Positions 1 to 11,472 of a stretch of DNA of 64,000 nt are shown here, in pieces. The stretch is taken from assembly GCA_012295275.1 (NCBI GenBank), contig CM022665.1, positions 29,884,001-29,948,000 of the forward strand, in the 5' to 3' direction. This stretch comes from Chrysomallon squamiferum (Eukaryota; Animalia; Mollusca). The notes under the pieces are model-generated. The model searched no databases, had not been told where the DNA came from, and was given only the letters and a program-made list of their open reading frames with translations. Numbering within the stretch: position 1 is the first letter of the stretch; each line of letters opens with the position of its first letter. Position numbers and translations under genes: made by a program.

Positions 1-150
1 ATTTTCATGATGATATAAACACTGCATTAGTCTGTATCTATCATTCTTGTTATAAAAATAATTTCCCACCAGTTTATTTTATTAACTATTATACTGATGA
101 TTCAGTGTTGTTATTTTTAATTTCTGACTAATTTGCAAATATATTTTCAG

Positions 151-1762
151 ATTCATAACTGGATTAATAGAAATTTAATTTCTCATAATGTCAGGACTAC
201 AAAGAGATTTCTATGGGGTTACCTGAATTCAGTATTTAACAGGTAACTTTTGCTTATTATTTTTTGTTATTCCATTATCATTTTTCTGTTAAATTCTAAA
301 CAAAAATTATAGATGCATGTAAGTGTGATTTCTTTTAACCTGTTCATGTTTAATCATAAATATTTTTTTTTTTTAATATCTCTTCATTTAAAAATATTTT
401 TTGTTTTTTCTGTTTACACTAAAATCAGAGTTGATGAAGACCGTGTGAAACAAGTTGGTCCTGACCGAGCATGTGCAGAATGGCTTCTACGTTGTGGAGC
501 CAGTGTTAAGTGGAAAGATTTGAATCACTGGGAGAAAGATTACAACACTTTACCAGGCAGTAACTTTGACAGATACAAAATAGAAGAAATTGATGCTTCA
601 AAGTCAGCAATTATGGGAATTGGATTTCCACATCTTAGTAAGAATTTGAATAGATTCTTTAAAATAATAAATTAGTATGTAGCTAGCAAATTAAAGTTGA
701 TTATGGGCCAGGCAAAGTGAATAGATGAAAATTAAACAGATATGTGTCCTGTTCATGTTTTCAAAACACTTTAATTCTGCAGAATAGCAAAATTTCATAA
801 ATAAAAATAAAATTGTTTTTAAAAATACTTAGAACAGTTTATTTATGAAAGTAAAATTCTTTATTTGCTTATAACCACATGGAATTTTAATATGATATTA
901 GATCATTTTTAATGACAAGTAGACGTAACAGCCTATTAAATAATTTTGTTCTACAGCTTATCAACAATAAAATGTAACTTATAATTTCTTTTTGTTTGCA
1001 GATGGACTAAACCATGTGAAAAAGATTATCCTTCATGACTGCAGATACTTATATGATGATGCCATAGCATACTTACCATTGGTTAAAAAAACACTGAACC
1101 ATCTACAAATCAGCAGTTGTGGTGACATCTCTGATCAAGGGCTTGTTCATATTTGTGAACTGAGGTTAGAGCTCTGTCAAAATTATAACCTTACATAGCT
1201 AACACAGTATACCAAAAGCTTCCAAGATACATATAATTATAAAACATTTATAAAAAAGATGTCATTTCTTTTGATGTCCTTGTATGTTCACTTTTGTTAT
1301 CAAAAACTGTTTCAAGTATGGTGGTAAAATATTTTCTATTTGGAAATGTGTTATTTGTATATATATATATCTGAAAGCAACAAAAAGGGTTTGAAAGATT
1401 TATTTCAAATAGGTTTATTTATCAGTAAAGCATTATTATTTGGTTAATATTCTAGCATACTGCCTCTTTAATTTTAAAAGGAAAATTCACAAAAGTGTAA
1501 CTTTAGATAAGAATTAAAATATAATAAAGGTATCATTTTTTAATAAAATTGCTATTTTAGTTTTACTTTCATACTTGATCTTAATTTTTTGTTGTTGTTT
1601 TTTAACCTTTTTAAATCCTAATTATTTTTCAGTAACCTGAAGATTCTCCTGATTTATGATTTGCCTGAAGTCAGAAATAAATCTGCAGTTTTAAGAAAAC
1701 TCGAAGAATGTCTCCCACAATGCAGTATTGATTATTATGATGCCACAAGAGAAAACAAATAA
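151..1762 (+). CDS. ATP5S: ATP synthase subunit s / coupling factor B (DMAC2L), 5'-partial, 4 exons visible
   Basis: Exons 151-242, 429-637, 1002-1164, 1633-1762 (TAA), all GT-AG and phase-consistent. The translation includes RFLWGYLNSVFNRVDEDRVKQVGPDRACAEWLLRCGA and IEEIDASKSAIMGIGFPHL, which match the factor B motifs, followed by LRR-like repeats. The start codon lies upstream of the window. AATAAA at 1865-1870. Confidence 0.93.
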
Positions 1763-2880
1763 GAATAAGACTGATTTTTTAATTCTGATTAAATTAGTAG
1801 AATACAACACTGTTTTGATATTGTTATTCTTTACTTATACTGATGATGTTCATGTAAAAGTTTGAATAAATAACTAACAAACACTGATTTTGTTTTGCTA
1901 ATTTCAGTTATATATTCTTAATAAAAATATTTAATACAGTAGTCTAAATGCATTATACTATGGCAAATGTTACTGTGAACCAGATTTCATGGAAACTGGG
2001 ATGAATAATATATATGAAAAACAAAAAATATATCTGTGGTTTTTAAAAAAACAAAATGAAAGACTAAAAATATATTCATTGACACATGGTATTTTTTATT
2101 ATTATTATTTGTTTTTATTTTATTTGTCTAAATTTTATTTGAATACAAGAGTTGATTAGCTGTCTCCACTCTTTGGGATACTCTTAGTGATTAGCAAGGA
2201 ATTATTTTCAGTCTGAAATATAAATTAAAAATCATTAAAATTCCATGAAGCTCTGGACAGAATAGAAAATAATAGGTGCATTGAAGAGGTTTGTCCATGT
2301 AATATAATCTGCTTCAGATTTATATCCTAAGCACTTAGCTACATACCAGTGCCTTCCTATATTTGTGTTCAGTGTAATAAAGTATGTATAATACTAATAG
2401 TGAATATAGCCATTTCAATGCAAAACTGACATCTGCAGCATATATATTGGCATGTAAAGTATTTGTACATACAGCTATCTCTTTTGTCACTCAAATATCA
2501 CAGAAATAAGTATTTGAAAAAATTATTATCACAGTTAATTAAAATGTGCAATTACTTCAACAATAATTATTTGCTTATTACAAAAATACCTTGCATTTAC
2601 CATGGTGCCTTACAACATGCATGCAACTTTGTATTTGTTTGGCCGAACAGCGATGACTAAATGTCTAGATAATATAGAAAATGTAAAATTAACTAAATAA
2701 TTTGACGAATTTAATTCAAAAACCAGTTTTCAGTTTGCCCATCACCATTCCAACGCCCATATAAATATGTACATAACGAATATGTCACGGGAAGATGCCA
2801 TTTTTACTGTATTTTTATTGAAGAATAATATATATCAAAAAATGTCTACCACTCCTGCGATGTCCAAGTCTTTCATCTAG

Positions 2881-2881
<1 letters not shown>

Positions 2882-2923
<42 letters not shown>
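2882..2923. repeat. (ATT)n microsatellite
   Basis: About 14 perfect ATT units. Confidence 0.95.
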
Positions 2924-2925
<2 letters not shown>

Positions 2926-3072
2926 AAAGCATTACAGTTTTAACGAAAACAAAAAGTTCCTGTGGCTGCAAGATCATCAGTTCTAATTCATAATTCATTA
3001 AAAATATCACGTACGTTAATCTAAGTTTGTTTCGCATTTAGATATAATTTTGTATCTAAAGTGTTAATTAAT

Positions 3073-3176
3073 TTTGAATTTCCCGCTGATTGCACATTTC
3101 CTATTTGTTTGTTTGCCTCCCAACCACCAGATGGCGTAGCAAAAATAACATTCTAGTTCCGGTGTATTTTCGAGAA
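3073..3176 (+). promoter_or_regulatory. Putative AHSA1 proximal promoter motif cluster
   Basis: A CpG-containing patch 90-200 bp upstream of the ATG. TTTGAA (CHR-like, 3073-3078) abuts TTTCCCGC (E2F consensus, 3079-3086). Also AGATGGCG (YY1-like, 3129-3136), TTCCGG (ETS core, 3157-3162) and an imperfect heat-shock element GTAttTTCgaGAA (3164-3176). These are motif matches only. Confidence 0.4.
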
Positions 3177-3268
3177 AGAATATGTGCTAAGCACTGTCGC
3201 CTACGTTAATTTTGTTCTTATTAAGTTCTTCATTTAACTCATTATTTGGTTTTGTAAAAGAACCTAAG

Positions 3269-6200
3269 ATGGCAAAGTGGGGACAAGGCGATCCCAGGTG
3301 GATCGTGGAGGAAAGGCCTGATGCGGTTAACGTTAATAATTGGCATTGGTAAACTCATGTTTTATATATTCAATATTGTATATTCTATCTTTTTCATTGT
3401 ATCAAAGACTCAAGATACTATGAATCAAAGTTCACTATTTTGTTACGCTATTTAAGTCTAGACAGTTACGTTGCTATTTAAATCTATAATATTGATTATT
3501 TCGAAATATATCTTTATTTATTTATTTATATATTTTCGATTTTATTTTTTTAAAAAGATTAAACAGTGAACTTTATCACACTATAAAAACTAGAATGAAA
3601 CTGTTTCTGGAAATAAAATCTCAATGAAAACTAGAAATCAATTAAATAAAGAAAACATTTTTTAAAAATGTTTTTACTTATTAATTAATTAATTTATTTA
3701 TTATATTTATTAAGTTTCCATTACAGTAAGTAACAGTTAACGTTAAAAAGTAATTATTAATCTCAAAACTATACCTGTTTTGCCAGATAGTCAGCAATTA
3801 GTATTGATGAATTGTAATAATGACCTGTTATAACAATCTGATGATGAATTTGGCGTGCTATTTCTGACTTCAGCTAGAAATATCTCCATGACTTTTTGCA
3901 GATCATTTTATATTCTGAACAATGGTTCAGTGTTTGAATATATTTTTCCAACAACATTTTGAAGCAGAAACATTGTTTAAAAATATTTTGTCAGTATTGA
4001 TGATAATTTATTCTTTTTTTTTTTCTTTTTTTTTTTTTAAATATTTTCTTATTAGGGTGGAGAAGAATGCAACCCCATGGAGTCAAGACAAAATAAAAGA
4101 ATTGTTTTCAGGACTTGTTATTGAAAATGAACAAGGTAAATAAAAAAAAGTAATCACAATGGTTTAGTCTGTTTATTGATGGAGAATATTAAAATAAGGA
4201 TTAGCAGTATTTATATAAAAAAAAAAAAAAGGTTTTGAATAATTCTTCAGTAAATATTTTTTTTAAAAGAGAAAGATGAAGAAGAAAGAAAAATATTATT
4301 TATGTATGTGAAAATAAACTTATTCTAATTTGTGGAACCAGTATTTAAAATAATTTAAAAACTGATATCTAAAACATTAATAAAGTTCTACAAATTTCAG
4401 GGTTCATTGAAATAAAAGAACTTTCAAAAGTTGAAGGAGAAGCAACAGCTAATAATCGTAAAGGAAAAATGATATTCTTTTATGAATGGATCATAAAAGG
4501 GCAGTGGTCTGGTAAGTTTCATTTTGTTTATATCTATGTATATGGTATAATTGTATTATCATTTTTAAATTTATTTTTTATTTTTTTTCAACAACAACAC
4601 AGTATTTAAAAATCTTGATGAAAGTACAATAAGAAATTTTATATGATTGCAAAGACTGTGTAGGTCTTGTATATTTGACCCACATAAAATAACAGAATTA
4701 ATAAAATTAAACTTTTGCTTTTCAGGCAAATTGAAAAATGGAAGTAAAAAAATAAAGGGTAAATTTGAAATCCCTAATTTGAGTGAAGAGCATGAAGCCA
4801 ATGAAATAGAGGTATGTGAAAAATTTTGCTTTCTTTATTTGATTTAAACAGAAGTATAACAAGATTTTTTAAATTATTATTTAAAGCATTTTTGCAGATG
4901 CTTTTTTATTATATTTTTTAATTATGCAGGTTTTTAAATATAATTGTTTTGAAATTATTATTTACCTTTTTTTTTTCCTTCAAGAGTGAATGTTCGTAAA
5001 CCATTTTCTAAAAATCTTTAAAACAGTTGTGTCCCTTTACTGTTCTGATCAATTAGTTAGTGTTTTTAACAGAGCAGTGACTTTCTCAAATTAGATCAAG
5101 TTTCTGACCTTACTACAGGACGAATGGATTCAGAAACCAATAAAATATTTTAATGTGTTATTGGGGTTTTTTCTTCTTGTTTCCCCTCCTTGCTATTTGT
5201 TCATTCTTTGCATTGCTTAAATTATGTCTTACTTATAAAGTGATGTATTTATAAACACATTTTTTTGAACTTATATAACAATAAAATTACTATTAACATA
5301 TTTAACAATGTTTAATTATTGATGAATCCAGATGAGTCAGACATAATTAGCCTTGTATTCATCAGTTTGCTTTTATATTATGTCATTTGTCTATTATATA
5401 ATTTGTGAACATATTTTACTGATTGTTCTCTTTTCTTTAGAATTGTTTAAGATTATAAATGAGGTTAATAGATTTATTTAAATAATTAAATTATTGGATA
5501 ACTACAGTTGGATGTGACCTGTGATTCAACAACCGATGAAGCATACCAGGTGAAGGAAATAATGAGAACAAGAGGTCTTGAAGTAATCAGAGAACAAGCT
5601 GCAAAATACATCAACAGTCTTAAAGAAGGTATTAAGTTACATTAAGCTGAATATGCTCTTGATTAAATCTGTGGAATGGCTTAAATTTGTGTTGATGTTT
5701 TTAATATGTAATTTAAATGCAGCTGAGGATTTATTTCTTCCTTAATTGTAAAAATAAAAGAATAATTAAAATAGAGATAGTAAGTTTTAATGTGATTAAT
5801 AATATTTATAGATTTTAAAGGGTTTTGTATTTTGTTCTTCAGAATTTGGTCAGGGAATTATTCTCCCTTCTAAAAATGATAAAGAATCAGCAACGAATGG
5901 GAAAGGACCAGTAAATAAACCAGAAATAAAACCAAAAGAGGTGATTGCTGCTAGTATTTTTCAGTCTCAGACATTAAAAGATAATAAAATGAATGCTGTA
6001 GTTTTTTTTAGAATTCTCTTGGAAACTGGATCCATAAAGCAATATAAATCATTGTCTATCACCAATTTAACAAAGGCTATAGTATATTACTATGGAAACA
6101 TTTAAAAATGTTCTTTAACAACAAATATATTGCTTAGAGTGATAGTAACAGGTTTCCTTTCATTATATGATACAGGAGATATATATTGATAATAATGTTG

Positions 6201-7578
6201 GGATGTCATTGAACATTTATGCACTCCCTGTAATAAGTTCCAGCAGTGTTAAACCTATCAACCTTTTTAAATTAATTTTTGCAAGTCAGTTTCATAATAC
6301 ATAACTTTGGAATGTACAATCAAATAATTTGTTTAATTTATGTTGTCTAGAATACAGCTAAGCAGCAGATAAACAAAGTAGTTGATGGCTGTTCAAACAT
6401 GAAAGATCTAGGTGTACGAATACACACAAAGAAACTGACCACTAAAGAAGAATTTAAGTGTCGGGCTTCTGATCTGTATCGTGCACTAACAGACAAACAG
6501 GTAAATCTTTTACTTTCATTCCAGTTACATTTTTGCACGGTTAGTTTGTTGTGCTATTACTCAGTTTATTAATATTTATTGTTTTTCATTTGTATGTATA
6601 TATAAAGTTTAAACAAGATGAAAGGAAAACCTAACAATTTGTCAATTAACAACACTGAAACTTAAGCTCACAGTTATAGTAAAATTACTGATGATTCTTG
6701 TTTGATTTTTCAGTTGATACAAATGTAAAATTTACTTTACAAGTATAAAATTACTGTCTTTTTCTTTCAGATGGTGGAAGCTTTTACAGGTTGTTCTGCA
6801 GTTATTGAACCAGTTAAAGGAGAACGCTTTTCCTTAATGGATGGTTATGTTACTGGAGAATTTGTTGAATTGGTAAACTTTATTTTTTAATTTCTTTTTT
6901 CCTTTATTTCTTTTTTAATTTTTAATAATATTTTAATTTTAATTTTTTATTTGTTTATTTATTTATTTATTTTTTTAATGTTATTTGGGTTAAAAAAAAC
7001 GAGATTGCATTGGTCTGGATAATGTTACAGTTTCTTTATTTCAGGAATTTTAATAGCTGAAGTTGATGATTTGAAAACTGTTTGTGAACCTAAATTTGTA
7101 TTGATAAAACTGGCGTATTTTTAAAACTGGATGGTCATAAATATTAATATGCAATATTTTTAAAAAGGCCTGGAAATACATTTCTTGAAATATTAAAAGA
7201 ATACTTATCTTTTTTAATTTTATTTTGTTGTTTAGTTTTCTTTCTTTTTTAATTTATATATTTGTCACTATTGTCCTATTCCTTAAAGAACTGCTTGAAT
7301 ACTATAACCATTTTAGACTTTAAAAAAATCATTCAAAAATATTTAATTTCCAGATACCTGATAAGAAAATAGTTCAGAAGTGGAGATTAAAATCATGGCC
7401 AGCTGAGCATTATTCTCAAGTGTCAATGGAATTAGAAGAGAAAGATGACTGTACTGTTCTTCACTTAACACAGACTGGTGTTCCTGACACAGAATTTGAC
7501 AATACACAGGAGGGATGGAAAATCAATTACTGGCAGAGAATGAATCAAGTTTTTGGATTTTCCTCTCGGCTTTTTTGA
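3269..7578 (+). CDS. AHSA1: Activator of Hsp90 ATPase homolog 1 (Aha1), complete, 9 exons, 350 aa
   Basis: Exons 3269-3348, 4056-4135, 4401-4511, 4726-4811, 5508-5628, 5843-5940, 6351-6500, 6771-6872, 7354-7578 (1053 nt, all phases agree). Signature motifs: MAKWGQGDPRWIVEERPDAVNVNNWHW (NxNNWHW), NNRKGKMIFFYEW (RKxK), EIPNLSEE, KIVQKWRLKSWP, and the C-terminal GW...YW...FGF. Confidence 0.97.
3841..3918 (+). ncRNA. Candidate intronic box C/D snoRNA in AHSA1 intron 1
   Basis: Box C ATGATGA at 3841-3847, D'-like CTGA at 3864-3867 and box D CTGA at 3915-3918. The 78-nt span is typical. No target was confirmed. Confidence 0.3.
5024..5150 (+). ncRNA. Candidate H/ACA-like structured RNA in AHSA1 intron 4
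   Basis: An 11-bp stem (5037-5047/5070-5080), H-box AGATCA (5093-5098) and a second 8-bp stem (5100-5107/5130-5137). The 3' box is ATA rather than ACA. Confidence 0.25.
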
Positions 7579-9817
7579 CACAAGAAGATAAAAAACAACT
7601 TGAAAAATATTTAAATTTCATTTTCATTGTCTTCAGTAAAATCAATCTGTGGTTATTTTAATAATTTAATAATATATGCATACATACATACATATACACA
7701 TGTCTGGCTTTTTGCAGGGGAAATTTTTTTTAAAAATCAATATTTGTTACCTGTTCCCCAAAAGGTACATAAAGTTTGGTTTCTTACTTGTGGTTTTTTT
7801 TTTTTCCAAAATATGTTTATATTTTTAGTATTCAGAAATTAGTGTGATACTAGCTTCATTATGATAACATGACATAAAATGTTAATATTATTTTAATTTA
7901 GACCACTTTTCTGTGTGTTCATGATTTTGGCCCATAATTAAGTTGCATTATTTTGCCATACTTCTTGGTTTTAGACACAGCTTTCATCATAAATTTCTTT
8001 AATTTCAAATATACAGTACACAATGAATTTAAATTTAAAAATTAACAAGAAATCAGTAATTTTTCCTGAAGTACCAAATATGGAAACAGGCCACATTTAT
8101 GTTAGAATTCTTAAGGCAGTTTTGTTTACAAAAAATAATAATTAAATGCATTACTGTTAGCTAAAATTAATATTGCTTAAAAGAAATGTAATAGTTTGAA
8201 GGTGTAAAAAACTCCCCAAAAACCCCAATTATTGAAGTTAAGAAGATATTTTTAATAAAATAATAAAATGCACAAACTGACAATAAATTGTAAAATAGAA
8301 TGTCAAAACCACTCTTGTTGCAAACTGATTGCAGTAGTACTTTTCTGCAGTTTGTTTTTGACCCATCAAACCATAGCAAATTTTAAATTATCTATTTACT
8401 AGATTTTTATAAGTTTTTTCTGTTCATTTTTTTAATTTGAGATTTAACTATAGTAGTATAGTGCAACTTTTCCAAAAAAAAGAAAGTGTGTTTTTGCATT
8501 TCTTTTCTTTGTGTAACAATACATGTTTTCATTCCAAATGTAATTTGTCATTATTTTGTCAGTCAATATTTGTTTGCATATAGAGCATGAAAATGTTGAA
8601 ATGTTAAATTTTGAGATGTTTTGAATTAGAATGTTATTAATTCAAAACACATTTTTAGTAAAAACAGTGTGTATGTTTAAGATTTACTGCCAGTGTGAGT
8701 TTGTGTTAACAGTATAATAACATATTGTTATTTCAATATTAGTACCTTTAAGTAGCACCTACACTAGGTGTGTAAAGGTAAATACAAAATTCTGAAACAT
8801 GACCTGTTTGTATGTTATTTTAAGAAAACTGATCAGTATATATTCATGGGATTATTCCCCCCCACAAATCATGTTTTTTTTCTTATTTTCATTATTGTTC
8901 ATTTTGAATCTGACAAATTAGTTTCCATTTTACCTTTCTCCATAATTTTTTTTTTTTGTATTTGTTTTGTGTGTTCACATATATTTTTTTTCACAATCCA
9001 CTTTAAGACTAATTGGATAAAATTCTGGAAACATTTTTCAGCAGTCACAGTACTCAAGAAGTGAATAAAGTTTGATTAGTGTAACTGTAATGTTCCAATG
9101 CTTAGTAATTAGATGTCATTATGATTTGATGTTAATTTAGAGAATTTGGTAATTTCTTCAGCTCAACTGGAGCAGATAGCCAGATGAAATGTTAATGAGG
9201 ACTGATCGAAGATTGAGTATGCAATGATCCTGCACTCAAGTTTCAAAGAAAAGAGGATGCTTGATATAACATATAATAAAGTAAAATCAAGTTTTTATAT
9301 AAATGTGTTATTCATATATGTGGTACCAATTAATCTAAAGAATCCCAGTTTTGAACAGATATACACGAGCATCAGGTTAATGTAAATGATGGTTGATTAA
9401 TGGGCTCTTTAGAGGCATTATTTATATAAATGATAAAAGCTTTTACTGTTATATTTCATTCACCAGAAAAATCGTAATATAAAATTCAACATTGTGTAAA
9501 TTTAAAGGTTACTTTTTTATTTATTTTCTATTATTTTATTTATTTTTTAATGTTTTGCAAGTGTGTTTATATATTATTATTATTTTCAACAAATTAAAAA
9601 CGGAGTAAGTTAAATATCAGTGTATTCAATGGTTGGGGAAAGGCAGTAATTGTATGGTGACAATAAACGGCCATGTGTTCAAATTTTTCTAAGCAATGGG
9701 TCAACGGGACTAACCAAGGGCTCGATAAATGACTAGGGGTCAGAAGGGGGTCAGTAGACATTGGGATTGTCTTTGTTAGTGGTTGTACCAGTGTAAGAAA
9801 CTTGTAGACTAATGTTA

Positions 9818-9819
<2 letters not shown>

Positions 9820-9872
<53 letters not shown>
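9820..9872. repeat. (TTA)n microsatellite
   Basis: About 17 TTA units. These explain the poly-Asn ORF 9594-9926. Confidence 0.95.
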
Positions 9873-9878
<6 letters not shown>

Positions 9879-11377
9879 TTTTTTCATGCCTGGGGGTCGA
9901 TGAGAGATCAAGAATTCCACGAACATATCGAAGGTCTACATTTTGTTGACCTCAACTCTAAACATTGGTGTACGGGTTCGCATTCACACTTTAGAGTACT
10001 ACGCATTTTTACTGTAATAATATTAAAGAACAAAACAAGACTGGACAAGAAACTTTACTAAACTAGTCCACTCTTCCTTCAGAAAAAAAAAATAAATAAA
10101 AAATATATATATATATATATAAAACTACACAAAGTTGAAAGGGAACATTGTGACTGAATAACATGGGAGGCGGGGGACAAGGGAAAATACTTCGATGATT
10201 TTGAAAACGCGTTCTATTTACATGGTTCCACTTTCTTATAAAATGTTGCACAAACTAGTAAAATAAATATTAAAGTACAAAACATAAGTACATTGTAATC
10301 ATATACTATTACTTGTGAATACATAACGGAGCATTTATCGGCCAACTCGTTTTGACTGAATACTACCTTCATTTTTGCACGAATAAAAAAAAAAATTGCT
10401 TCAGCTTTGCTTCTGTCTAAACCTTATTGGATCCGCTTCTCAATACTGACAACCTAATTTATTAAAAGATGTAGTGAAAATGTTTTAGCAAAGTAATTTT
10501 GATTGACTAAATGTTAACGCTAACGGAAATGGTGGAAATAGAATGGCATTAATAATTCATATAGCATTAAATGGATTTCTCTCAATTTGCTAAGTTGACG
10601 GCATATTCGTTATTTGACATTAACTGGCAAAATAAAAAAATGAAATGAAAAAATAATAAAATAAATACCATTATTTCCCAACAGCTTCAAATAGGCCCAT
10701 GTACATGTAATTTAGAGAAAAAGCACCAACAGCTATATTGTTAATGCTTTTATAACTTTATATTATTATACACCTTTTTTATTTCCCCCTTCTAATTTAC
10801 TTCATTGGTTTTATAATAAACAGTGAACATAAAACAATTTAACATTTGTACTTTATTTAAATAGTATTATCTTTTTTCTTTTTTAAACTAATTTCTTTAT
10901 TTGTTTTATAAGTATCCCGTGTATTTAAATAATTATAATGATACTACAATGGGCTGTGCTAATTACATCATTCATTCAAACGGTAGTTTATGTAGTGAAA
11001 GAGAACGATTGTCAATATTTAATCTTTTAGATGGATTATGTGGTCGATGTTGACAGCCGGACTTCTATACAAAACATGTTTAGAATTCCTACAGGCAGGC
11101 CTGTACTTCGGGGTAACTGGACTACCACCCGTCTGATAAGCCAATCAAATGCCTCGTTTCAGACATAGAGTTATCAGAAAAGCGTCCCTTGCGACAAGAA
11201 TATCTTAAAACCCACTAAACGAGTGTCAGTTCACATTCGAACGTTATTATTCCTCGGGCATATCTTTATGCTGTGAAGTTTAAGTTTAAAATCGTATGAA
11301 CAGGGAAAATAAAATTTAGTTATACGTAACTGAGAACAGTCCGTTTGTTGTGAAAACTGTACTGTGATATAGTGTGT

Positions 11378-11408
<31 letters not shown>

Positions 11409-11472
11409 CATTATAATATATATATTCATGGATGGAACTCTAACGGCACATTGAACGGTACCTTTAAACATA

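Noticed and set aside
2247-2316. Hairpin TGAAGC..TGGACAGA / TTTGTCCA..GCTTCA as a SECIS, snoRNA or pre-miRNA
   Set aside because: It lacks the SECIS quartet geometry and C/D or H/ACA boxes, and its loops are too large for a pre-miRNA.
11183-11194. RFX X-box-like GTCCCTTGCGAC upstream of the CXorf65/C22orf15-like gene
   Set aside because: It has multiple mismatches to the consensus and is too weak to call without conservation data.
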